From NCBI GenBank assembly GCA_947447825.1, contig CANFLL010000007.1, positions 10,318 to 74,317 on the forward strand: 64,000 nt of DNA. The letters are read 5' to 3'. The stretch is from Chitinophagaceae bacterium (lineage in GTDB: Bacteria; Bacteroidota; Bacteroidia; Chitinophagales; Chitinophagaceae). Both the position numbers and the translations under genes were made by a program. Positions 55,925 to 64,000 of the stretch are shown piece by piece. Under the pieces are notes generated by a model. The model worked only from the letters and a program-made list of their open reading frames with translations. It ran no database searches and had not been told where the DNA came from. Positions within the stretch are counted from its first letter, which is position 1. Each line of letters opens with the position of its first letter.

Positions 55925-56150
55925 ACTTTCTAGGTTGCCACGAACGCATTTATGCCTAGAAAGTTGCTTTCTGACCTGCCGCACACATATTTATACCTAG
56001 AAAGTCACTTTCTAGGCTGCCGCACAAGAAATTATGTCCAGACGGCGACTTTCTAAGCATAATTGTCTTCGATTATAACTAGATTTCAAAAATCTGAGTA
56101 CAATTGTCTCCGGTTGCTACTAGAATTCCAAAATATAGAGCCAAAACCGG
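55925..56150. repeat. Tandem array of 41-42-bp units (3 clear units plus degenerate continuation) whose junctions form hairpins
   Basis: Units start with ctttct(agg/gac) at 55926, 55967 and 56008. There is a perfect 9-bp hairpin cctagaaag-tca-ctttctagg at 55996..56016. A recurring (c/t)tgcc(g/a)c core is present. Confidence 0.8.
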
Positions 56151-56350
56151 ATACATTTTCCCACAATGAGTATTATCTCTACACTAAAAAAAGTTGCTTC
56201 AAGGTAAAAAGCCCTTTTTACTTTTAAAAAGTTAAATAAACATAAGTTGTTCCATAGGATTAAAACTTATTTAGGGTTTAAAATCCTAGATAAATTGGGA
56301 ACAAGAAATGTAAAGCGAAAAACATTCCTGATTTCAGCACTAGAACATCA

Positions 56351-56460
56351 GGAAAACACAAAGGACACAAGGATTTAATACTCCCAATTGATAATTCTTG
56401 AAAAACTATAACCTTTAATCCTTGTGTTATTTGTGCTAACCATATTTTTCCTTATGGTTA
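56351..56460 (-). terminator. Inverted-repeat structures downstream of the MATE gene (probable terminator; REP-like CACAAAGGACACAAGGA motif)
   Basis: cacaaaggacacaaggatttaa (56357..56378) pairs with ttaatccttgtgttatttgtg (56416..56436) and is followed on the minus strand by TTTTCC. A second hairpin is aaccata-tttttcct-tatggtt (56439..56460). Confidence 0.45.
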
Positions 56461-56483
56461 AAAACCCCCATAGTAGTAACCCC

Positions 56484-57821
56484 TCAACTTAATGCTTCAA
56501 TAGTAGTAGGAAGATTTTTGAAGAAACGATAATTTAATAATCCTGCGGAGAAAGAAAGACCTACCACAAAACCTATCCAGATGCCAATAACACCCAGATG
56601 ATAGGGGAATGCCAATACATAACCGATAGGAATGCCGATGCCCCAATAGGCAATGGCCACATAGACGGTAGGTTTCACCACATCCTTTACACCTCGGCAT
56701 AGCCCAACCCCAATTGCTTGAGTGGAATCGGAAATTTGAAAGATGGCTGCATAAATTAATAATACCTGCGCCACCTGTGCCACAGTTTGGTTTTGTGTAA
56801 AGATGTAAGGAAGATAATGTCCAAATGAAATCATGAGTATTGCGGAAATGAACCCATAAATCAATCCTGTAATGGCGGTACTTCGTCCAATTAACGCTAA
56901 TTGTTTAGCTTCTCCTTTGCCAAAAGCTTCACTAATACGTATGGAACCAGCCATAGAAAAACCTAGCGATGCCATAAACGTAGTGGATGCACAGTTTAAG
57001 GCAATTTGATGAGCGGCTTGAGGAACTGCTCCCAACCACCCAACCATAATGCCCGAAACAGAGAATGCTCCTGCCTCCATGCAATACTGTAAACTACTAG
57101 GAACGCCAATGCCGAGCATCTCTTTGATAGTAGTACCTTTTATTTTCCAAGCATCTTTTTTCAAACTTGTAAATGGATGAAACACTTTGTGCTTAACTAT
57201 TACAATCATCATTGCAATAGCCAATAAGATACGGGTAATGAGTGTTGCTAGTCCTGCACCACTTACGCCCATCGCTGGAAAACCACAGTGTCCGAAAATA
57301 AATATCCAACACAATAAAGCATTTAATGGTAAGGAAAGTAAAGAGAGAGTCATGGCGGTTTGGGTGTATTGTAATCCGTCGGCAAAGTTTTTCGAAGCAG
57401 AGAACACCATCATCGGAATCATGGAATAGCCCATGATAATTAAATATTTTTTTGCATAAGCAACCACAGTAGGTTCTTGTCCCATTTGGGGTAGAAAAAA
57501 AGAAAGTATATGTACAATAACAGCCAATAAAACACCTATCACCACACTTATAACCCATCCATTATAAAGAACATGGGCAACTTTATGGTGATTATCTTGT
57601 CCTTTGGCGATGGCAACAAGAGGAGTTACTGCCATTATCAACCCAATTCCAATTACCAATGGGATGGCAATGATGTTAACTACCAATGATGCGGCGGCTA
57701 ATTGCCTATATCCTAATGAGCCAATCATTGCGGTATCTATCAAGCCATAAGCCACCTGAGTAAGATTCCCCAAAATGAGTGGAATAGCGATGCTGAGGGT
57801 TGATTTGAAGGTATGTTTCAT
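56484..57821 (-). CDS. MATE-family multidrug/toxin efflux transporter (NorM-like)
   Basis: About 12 TM helices with a typical MATE N-terminus (KSTLSIAIPLILGNLTQVAYGLIDTAMIG). The ATG at 57821 avoids overlap with coaE; the ORF is open to 57875. Confidence 0.9.
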   Translation of the reverse strand: MKHTFKSTLSIAIPLILGNLTQVAYGLIDTAMIGSLGYRQLAAASLVVNIIAIPLVIGIGLIMAVTPLVAIAKGQDNHHKVAHVLYNGWVISVVIGVLLAVIVHILSFFLPQMGQEPTVVAYAKKYLIIMGYSMIPMMVFSASKNFADGLQYTQTAMTLSLLSLPLNALLCWIFIFGHCGFPAMGVSGAGLATLITRILLAIAMMIVIVKHKVFHPFTSLKKDAWKIKGTTIKEMLGIGVPSSLQYCMEAGAFSVSGIMVGWLGAVPQAAHQIALNCASTTFMASLGFSMAGSIRISEAFGKGEAKQLALIGRSTAITGLIYGFISAILMISFGHYLPYIFTQNQTVAQVAQVLLIYAAIFQISDSTQAIGVGLCRGVKDVVKPTVYVAIAYWGIGIPIGYVLAFPYHLGVIGIWIGFVVGLSFSAGLLNYRFFKNLPTTIEALS

Positions 57822-57862
57822 TTTTAGTTGCGAGTGGTTAGTTATTTGTGGTTTGTTAATGA

Positions 57863-58468
57863 TTATTTTAACCATTTATCACTAATAACTAGTTTTCTGT
57901 GTATTTCCAAAACCTGCGGTATGAGGAGTTCTTGTTCGTTATTGTTGATGACAAAATCGCAGAGTTTCATCTTTATTGTCTGATCAATTTGTTTTTCCAT
58001 TCTGGCAATAATGTCTTGTCTATTTGCGTTATCGCGTTGCATGGCTCGATGGATACGTAAAGTATCGGGTGCTTGAACACCAACAACATAATCCAGATTT
58101 CCCGCTGTGCCAGCTTCGAACAAAAGGGCAGCTTCCTTGATGCAGTAAGGAGAATTTTGTTGTAGCATCCAATCGTCGGCAGCTTTAATGGTAGCGGGAT
58201 GTGTAAGACTATTTAACACTTCTAGTTGGTATTTATCCTTAAAAACAATGTCGGCAATGTATTTCCGATTAAGTTTATGGTCGATATATGCGTCTTCACC
58301 AAAAGCATTTTTAATAGAATCTATCAGTGCTTCATCATGTTCCATTATCCATTTAGCAGCTATGTCAGTATCAAAAACAGGAATGCCCAGCAGCCTAAAT
58401 AATGCCGCCACAGTGCTTTTACCACTACCTATTCCTCCTGTTAATCCTACTTTAAGCACAGCAAACAA
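57863..58468 (-). CDS. coaE: Dephospho-CoA kinase
   Basis: P-loop VGLTGGIGSGKSTV. The 201-aa length and pattern are typical of CoaE. Confidence 0.9.
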   Translation of the reverse strand: MFAVLKVGLTGGIGSGKSTVAALFRLLGIPVFDTDIAAKWIMEHDEALIDSIKNAFGEDAYIDHKLNRKYIADIVFKDKYQLEVLNSLTHPATIKAADDWMLQQNSPYCIKEAALLFEAGTAGNLDYVVGVQAPDTLRIHRAMQRDNANRQDIIARMEKQIDQTIKMKLCDFVINNNEQELLIPQVLEIHRKLVISDKWLK

Positions 58469-58666
58469 TTGATAATTGGCAAATGATAGTTTCCACTTTC
58501 AATTGCCAATTGGATAATATTCTTTTTAATCAAAAATCCCAAATTACAAATGCAATTTGGGATTTTCAGATTTATAAATCATTCGAATCAGCAGATAGTA
58601 AATAAGGTTATCAATAGGCTAAACTTAAAACCCTCCACTTACAACTGTTGACTCTCAACTAACCAC

Positions 58667-59005
58667 TTACTTTGTTGCCACTGCGGTTTTATTGATAGCA
58701 ACAGTCATTTCCATACTGATAGCACTCTTTTCCATCTTGATATAACTACCAGGATTAACTTCAATTTGTAAAGTTCCATCTTCATTAACCTTGTAGATTA
58801 CACCATGAATGCCTCCACTAGTAACTATTTTAGCCCCTTTTTGTAGTTCGTCAATGAACTTCTTTTGTTCCTTAGCTTTTTGTGCCTGTGGTCTGATCAT
58901 AAAGAACCAGAAAACGAGGATGATACCTCCCATTAATACCATTTGGATCATACCACCATTTTTTGGATCACCAGCAGCTAATAACATTACATTTTCAATT
59001 GTCAT
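58667..59005 (-). CDS. yajC: Preprotein translocase subunit YajC
   Basis: Single TM segment followed by MIRPQ.KK.KE...F...L.KG..V.T.GGI.G motif. Confidence 0.88.
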   Translation of the reverse strand: MTIENVMLLAAGDPKNGGMIQMVLMGGIILVFWFFMIRPQAQKAKEQKKFIDELQKGAKIVTSGGIHGVIYKVNEDGTLQIEVNPGSYIKMEKSAISMEMTVAINKTAVATK

Positions 59006-59032
59006 TCTTTGTCGTTTTATTGTATAATTAAA

Positions 59033-59509
59033 TTACTTTTTTTCTTTCGGTTCAACTACTTTGTCACCAGGGGCTCCGTTTACAAAGCCCGTAAATACCA
59101 AGTATTTATAGGCACCATTTGGAGTATTAGTACTAACTATAATTGTTTTATGTATATCACCGCCTCCATGAATCTTATTACTATCAAAAGCACCTGTAAC
59201 CCATCCTTCCGCTCCAGGAGCAATCGGTTCTTTAGTGTAATCAGCCACTGTGCAACCGCAACTAGGTTTAGCATCAGTAATGATTAGTGGCTTTGTGCCT
59301 GTGTTCTTGCATCTGAACTTTACTTGTGCTTTTTCGCCCATGTTGATAGTTCCAATGGTTAGTAGGGTATCTAGCCATTGAACGGTAGTAAAGTTTGCAC
59401 TATCTGTAGCAGCTTTAGCTTGCAAAGAAGTTTTGTCGCCGTTTTTGCAAGAAGCAAGTAGGCTAACTAAAAAGAGTGAAAGAATAGCTAATTGAGTCTT
59501 CATCCTCAT
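59033..59509 (-). CDS. DUF1573 domain lipoprotein
   Basis: Lipobox LLASC. DUF1573 pattern F.F.N.G..PL.I......CGCT (KFRCKNTGTKPLIITDAKPSCGCTVADY). Confidence 0.85.
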   Translation of the reverse strand: MRMKTQLAILSLFLVSLLASCKNGDKTSLQAKAATDSANFTTVQWLDTLLTIGTINMGEKAQVKFRCKNTGTKPLIITDAKPSCGCTVADYTKEPIAPGAEGWVTGAFDSNKIHGGGDIHKTIIVSTNTPNGAYKYLVFTGFVNGAPGDKVVEPKEKK

Positions 59510-59535
59510 TATACTTTAAAGTGTATTTCTAAGAT

Positions 59536-60465
59536 TTATCTTCTTTGTTTAAAATCTATTTTATTCAATTTGCCTTCAGCGTCTAATTCTTTGTGAATGT
59601 TGTCTAAAATGCCATTCACAAAATGTCCACTTTGTTCAGTACTGTATTCCTTAGCCAAATCAATGTATTCATTGATGGTTACTTTGGTAGGAATAGTCTC
59701 GAAATATAAAAACTCACAAACGCCCATTTGCATTAGCACCATGTCTAAAGAAGCAATTCTGTCCACATCCCAGTTCTGTAGTTTAGGCTTAATTAAGTCT
59801 AATAAGTATTCGCGCTTTTCATGGGTTGAAATGAGAAGGTTTTTGGCGAAATCCCATTTGTCTGGCGAAATTACTTCCTGAAAATTATAACCTACTGGTT
59901 TAGAAAGATACCCATTAATAAGTTGATCAACCATTTCGCAGTCATCATCCCAGTTATTAAATAGCTCTTCTAAGTGAGAAGTAAAAACATCATCAGGCAA
60001 TAAAATATCAGTTAATATAAACCTAAGTATTTCTTTCTCCTTGTTTTTGTCTCTGCTTTTGGTATTTATGTACAACTGATATTCGTTGCTTTCCACCAAT
60101 TTAAGGTAAGCTCTTTTCAAGATGGCGGCATCCATCATTTTCTTAGGATTTACTTTTTCGACTGCCTTAATAAAGGAAGCATCTTCCAATATTTGCCAAA
60201 GTAGTTCATTGCCTGAAAGCTTCGTATTTACATTCAAATCTTCCGCAGTTGGTAAGTGTTTGTTTGCTTTCTTTACGGCATCTGTTTCAGCATATTTAGC
60301 TACTTCTGTAATAAAATAAAGCAGATATACCAACAGTTCTCTTGTACTATCAAAACTCTTTTGTAGCTCAACAATTGAGTTTTTCATATTGACCTCTCCC
60401 TTCAAGGAATCCATCATATATAACAACTGCATCACTTTAACCCTAATATTCCGTCTGCTTATCAT
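59536..60465 (-). CDS. nusB: Transcription antitermination factor NusB (long Bacteroidota form)
   Basis: N-terminal RRNIRVKVMQLLY. C-terminal NusB core (DRIASLDMVLMQMGVCEFLYF..IP..V.INEYIDLAKEYS...SG.FVNGILD). Conserved yajC-DUF1573-nusB neighbourhood. Confidence 0.88.
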   Translation of the reverse strand: MISRRNIRVKVMQLLYMMDSLKGEVNMKNSIVELQKSFDSTRELLVYLLYFITEVAKYAETDAVKKANKHLPTAEDLNVNTKLSGNELLWQILEDASFIKAVEKVNPKKMMDAAILKRAYLKLVESNEYQLYINTKSRDKNKEKEILRFILTDILLPDDVFTSHLEELFNNWDDDCEMVDQLINGYLSKPVGYNFQEVISPDKWDFAKNLLISTHEKREYLLDLIKPKLQNWDVDRIASLDMVLMQMGVCEFLYFETIPTKVTINEYIDLAKEYSTEQSGHFVNGILDNIHKELDAEGKLNKIDFKQRR

Positions 60466-60601
60466 TCAAAAAAGAACTTTGATTATCCGGCGGCGAAGAT
60501 AGGGGAAATGGAAACCCCACGTTTATGTTAAGTTATTTATTACAAAATTGAGTTATTTGAAAGGGTATTTGCTTTGTGTATACTCGAATAGACATTCTAT
60601 C

Positions 60602-60648
60602 AAAAAGAAAAACCGTTTTTAATAGTTGAGAACACCTATTAAAAACGG
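60602..60648 (-). terminator. Rho-independent terminator of tRNA-Ala
   Basis: 12-bp stem ccgtttttaata/tattaaaaacgg, followed on the minus strand by TTTTTCTTTTT. Confidence 0.7.
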
Positions 60649-60658
60649 CTAAACTTTG

Positions 60659-60731
<73 letters not shown>

Positions 60732-60880
60732 CTTAATTTTGTTTGGGGTAGCAAAAATAGTATTATGTAATCAATTAGCCCAAAAATAGTTTTGCTTGAG
60801 TACATGTAAAGGTATTTGATTGCATCAATTCTGCAATCTCTAGAATAGTTTAATGAATAAAGCTAGCTACACAATTTTGT

Positions 60881-60928
60881 ATAAAACAAAAAGGGCTGTT
60901 TAAAAGATTTAGTCCCCTAAACAGCCCT
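60881..60928 (-). terminator. Rho-independent terminator of secA
   Basis: 11-bp stem agggctgttta/taaacagccct, followed on the minus strand by TTTTTGTTTT. Confidence 0.75.
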
Positions 60929-60951
60929 CTTTTTGTATCACTAAACTACTT

Positions 60952-63900
60952 TTAAGCGTCTTGTCCGTGACATGATTTAAATTTTTTGCCACTACCACAT
61001 GGACAAGGATCGTTTCTGCCAGTTTTGGGTCCAACAACTATTGGTTGTTGTTTCACTGGGGTAGGGTCAATATATTCTTCTTCTGATGGTATTTCCCTGC
61101 CCACGGCATCTACATCTTGTTTACGTGTTTTAAGCTTACTTAAATCTGTCTTTTCTTGATGCCCTTCCCTAACTTGTCCTTCATTTTCAACAGGAATAGT
61201 TGCATGAGATAAAAACTCAACTATGTTTTTGTTTATAACTCCATCCATGTTTTTAAACAAGTTAAACGCTTCCACTTTATAGATTACTAATGGATCTTTT
61301 TGTTCGTAAGTGGCCGTTTGAACACTTTGCTTCAAATCGTCCATCGCCCTAAGATGTTCTTTCCATTCATCATCAATGAAGTTGAGGGTTACTGTTTTTT
61401 CTAGGCTATTCAGCAATTCTGCTCCTCCAGATTCAACTGTTTTATCTAGGTTTGCCAACACTTGAAGGAATCGTCTGCCATCAGTAAACGGAACAATTAC
61501 ATTTTCAATGTTAGCTCCTTGTTCAATCCTTATTCCTTTAAAAACAGGAACTGCATGTTCTGCTATTTCTTCTTTTTTACGTAGATAATTGCCCATAGCC
61601 TCTTGGTACAATTGCTCTGCAAGTGTTTGTTCATTGCCTCTTTCAAAATCTTGTTGAGAAATTTCTGTTTCAATAGCAAAGTTTACAATTGTTGCCAACT
61701 TGAATCCTTCAAAATCATTGGAATGCTTGAAACTACCCACCAAATTTTCTGCCACTGAATAAAAAGCATTATCTAAATCAAGCGCAAGCCTTTCTCCAAA
61801 CAATGCGTGATTACGTTTAGCGTAAATCACCGTACGTTGTTTGTTCATAACATCATCATATTCCAATAAACGCTTTCTTATTCCGAAGTTGTTTTCTTCT
61901 ACTTTCTTCTGAGCACGTTCAATACTCTTTGTAATCATTGGGTGCTGAATAACTTCCCCTTCCTTATATCCAGCAAAGTCCATCACTTTTGCTATACGTT
62001 CGCTACCAAACATACGCATTAAGTCATCTTCTAAACTTACAAAGAACATGGTAGAACCAGGGTCACCCTGACGACCAGCACGACCACGTAACTGTCTATC
62101 AACACGGCGACTTTCATGGCGTTCTGTACCCACGATGGCCAAACCTCCTGCCTCTTTTACGCCAGGCCCAAGCTTTATATCCGTACCACGACCAGCCATG
62201 TTTGTGGCAATAGTAATAGCGCCTGCCAAACCTGCTTCTGCAACTACCTGTGCTTCTCGTGCATGTTGTTTTGCGTTCAGAACATTATGTGGTATCTGCT
62301 TTTGACGAAGCATTCTGCTCAATAATTCACTCACTTCCACCGAAGTTGTACCTACCAGAACTGGGCGGCCAGCATCACGTAATTTAGATATCTCTTCTAT
62401 TACTGCCCCGAACTTTTCTCTTTTTGTTTTATATACTAAATCCTGTTCATCAATTCTAACCGCTGTAATATTTGTTGGAATAGTAACTACATCTAGTTTA
62501 TAGATGTCCCAGAACTCCCCAGCTTCTGTTTCAGCAGTACCCGTCATGCCACAAAGCTTGTGATACATACGGAAGTAATTCTGTAAAGTTACCGTAGCAT
62601 AGGTTTGTGTTGTAGCTTCAATTGTTACGTTCTCTTTTGCTTCAATTGCTTGGTGCAAACCATCACTATATCGACGACCATCTAAAATACGACCCGTTTG
62701 TTCGTCCACAATCTTCACAGCACCTTCCATTACCACATACTCTACATCTTTATCAAATAGCGTATATGCTTTTAGTAGTTGTTGAACTGTGTGGATACGA
62801 TCCGCTTTTACTGAATAATCATTAATAATAACTTCCTTTTGACGTAGTTTCTCTTCTGCTTGTAATCCACTTTTCTCTATTTGATTCAAGCCAATACTAA
62901 TATCAGGAATGATAAAGAAGTGTGGGTCCTCGCCAGCTTTAGTGATAAGTGAAATACCTCTGTCTGTCAATTCAACAGAATTGCTTTTCTCGTCAATGTA
63001 AAAATACAATTCCTGATCGGCAATGTGCATTTCCCTCGATTGATCGGCTAGGTAGTAGTTTTCCGCCTTTTGCAATTTCATTCTAACACCAGGCTCGCTC
63101 AAAAATTTAATTGTTGCACTGTTTTTAGGCAAACCCCTATGTGCCCTAAACAAAGCCAATCCCCCATCTTTAGGGTCATCATTTCCTTCTGCTACTTTCT
63201 TTTTTGCTTCTTGTAGAAAACCATTAACTGCACGCTTTTGTGCATCTACTAGCTTTTCTATTCTAGGCTTCAATTCATAGAATTGTTCCAGATTATCTTG
63301 TTTTCCAATGGGGCCACTAATAATTAAAGGCGTTCGGGCATCATCAATCAGTACACTATCCACCTCATCCACCATGGCAAAATGGTGTTTGCGTTGCACC
63401 ATTTCATCAGGATTATGCACCATGTTATCCCTTAGGTAATCAAAACCAAATTCATTATTTGTTCCGTAGGTTATGTCGGCCAAATAGGCTTTTCTACGTT
63501 CAGGTGTATTTGGTTGGTGTTTATCAATACAATCCACCGTTAAGCCAAGCCATTCAAACAATGTTCCGTTCCACTCACTATCACGTTTGGCTAGGTAATC
63601 ATTCACCGTTACAATATGAACTCCTTCGCCAGCCAATGCATTTAAGTAAGCAGGAAGCGTACTCACCAACGTTTTACCTTCACCTGTTGCCATTTCCGCA
63701 ATCTTTCCGCTATGCAAAACAGAGCCACCAATCAACTGCACATCATAATGCACCATGTTCCAAGTAACCTTTCCACCGCCGGCAGTCCATGTGTTTTTGA
63801 AAATGCTTGTTTCGCCTTTAATAGAGATGTAGTCTTTTTTAACAGCCAGTTCCTTATCTAAATCTGTAGCAGTAGATTCTAAGTTTTCGTTTTCCTTAAA

Positions 63901-64000
63901 GCGTCTTGCAGTTTCTTTTATTACAGCAAAGGCTTCGGGAAGAAGTTCTTTTAGCACTTCTTCTATTTGTTTATCACGTGCTTTTTTTAGTGTATCAACT
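60952..64000 (-). CDS. secA: Preprotein translocase ATPase SecA (5' end lies beyond the window edge)
   Basis: DEAD-motor motifs (MATGEGKTLV, DEVDSVLIDDARTPLIISG, TNMAGRGTDIKLG) and C-terminal Zn finger CPCGSGKKFKSCHG. The frame stays open from 63957 to 64000 (VDTLKKARDKQIEE...), so the N-terminus is truncated by the window. Confidence 0.97.
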   Translation of the reverse strand, partial: VDTLKKARDKQIEEVLKELLPEAFAVIKETARRFKENENLESTATDLDKELAVKKDYISIKGETSIFKNTWTAGGGKVTWNMVHYDVQLIGGSVLHSGKIAEMATGEGKTLVSTLPAYLNALAGEGVHIVTVNDYLAKRDSEWNGTLFEWLGLTVDCIDKHQPNTPERRKAYLADITYGTNNEFGFDYLRDNMVHNPDEMVQRKHHFAMVDEVDSVLIDDARTPLIISGPIGKQDNLEQFYELKPRIEKLVDAQKRAVNGFLQEAKKKVAEGNDDPKDGGLALFRAHRGLPKNSATIKFLSEPGVRMKLQKAENYYLADQSREMHIADQELYFYIDEKSNSVELTDRGISLITKAGEDPHFFIIPDISIGLNQIEKSGLQAEEKLRQKEVIINDYSVKADRIHTVQQLLKAYTLFDKDVEYVVMEGAVKIVDEQTGRILDGRRYSDGLHQAIEAKENVTIEATTQTYATVTLQNYFRMYHKLCGMTGTAETEAGEFWDIYKLDVVTIPTNITAVRIDEQDLVYKTKREKFGAVIEEISKLRDAGRPVLVGTTSVEVSELLSRMLRQKQIPHNVLNAKQHAREAQVVAEAGLAGAITIATNMAGRGTDIKLGPGVKEAGGLAIVGTERHESRRVDRQLRGRAGRQGDPGSTMFFVSLEDDLMRMFGSERIAKVMDFAGYKEGEVIQHPMITKSIERAQKKVEENNFGIRKRLLEYDDVMNKQRTVIYAKRNHALFGERLALDLDNAFYSVAENLVGSFKHSNDFEGFKLATIVNFAIETEISQQDFERGNEQTLAEQLYQEAMGNYLRKKEEIAEHAVPVFKGIRIEQGANIENVIVPFTDGRRFLQVLANLDKTVESGGAELLNSLEKTVTLNFIDDEWKEHLRAMDDLKQSVQTATYEQKDPLVIYKVEAFNLFKNMDGVINKNIVEFLSHATIPVENEGQVREGHQEKTDLSKLKTRKQDVDAVGREIPSEEEYIDPTPVKQQPIVVGPKTGRNDPCPCGSGKKFKSCHGQDA

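Noticed and set aside
7567-56150. CRISPR interpretation of the four tandem arrays.
   Set aside because: The units are contiguous, with no unique spacers between conserved repeats. The units are degenerate rather than identical. At 21 bp the period is too short for a repeat-plus-spacer structure. No cas genes are present in the window.

Overview
This is a 64-kb chromosomal window from a low-GC (mid-30s %, by eye) member of the Bacteroidota. The phylum call rests on a SusC/SusD pair, type-A T9SS C-terminal sorting domains, a PorX-type regulator, a DUF1573 protein and a long-form NusB. Housekeeping blocks sit at both ends. The left end has a cbpA-like J-protein cluster, an L,D-transpeptidase and dnaK. 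The right end has glgB, a Zn-ADH, an SNF2 helicase, a MATE pump, coaE, yajC, nusB, tRNA-Ala(GGC) and a 5'-truncated secA. The centre (16.4-40.5 kb) is a large hemicellulose/xylan polysaccharide utilization locus: GH10, two GH43, SusC, SusD, an IPT/TIG surface glycan-binding lipoprotein, GH30, an MFS transporter, GH27-CBM, a GH43 with a T9SS CTD, GH2 and GH31. No cognate regulator is visible in cis. Other content includes a class D (OXA-type) beta-lactamase, a BatB-like VWA/TPR protein, PorX, an MBL-fold hydrolase, a ComEA-like HhH protein and three T9SS cargo proteins. I found no canonical mobile element, CRISPR array, prophage or recognisable defence system. The most unusual signals are non-coding. 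(i) Two diverged same-strand copies of a ~195-nt element have closing-helix strands that differ between copies by compensatory substitutions, and one copy is interrupted by a ~170-bp insert with a perfect 28-bp inverted repeat. (ii) Four separate promoter-proximal tandem arrays have strict 21-bp or 42-bp periodicity. They lie upstream of dnaK, SusC, an orphan gene and the SNF2 helicase, and they generate spurious multi-frame ORFs. (iii) A tandem pair of small four-cysteine secreted or anchored proteins each has a conserved terminator-like leader hairpin. All functional calls come from motif recognition by eye; no database search was run.
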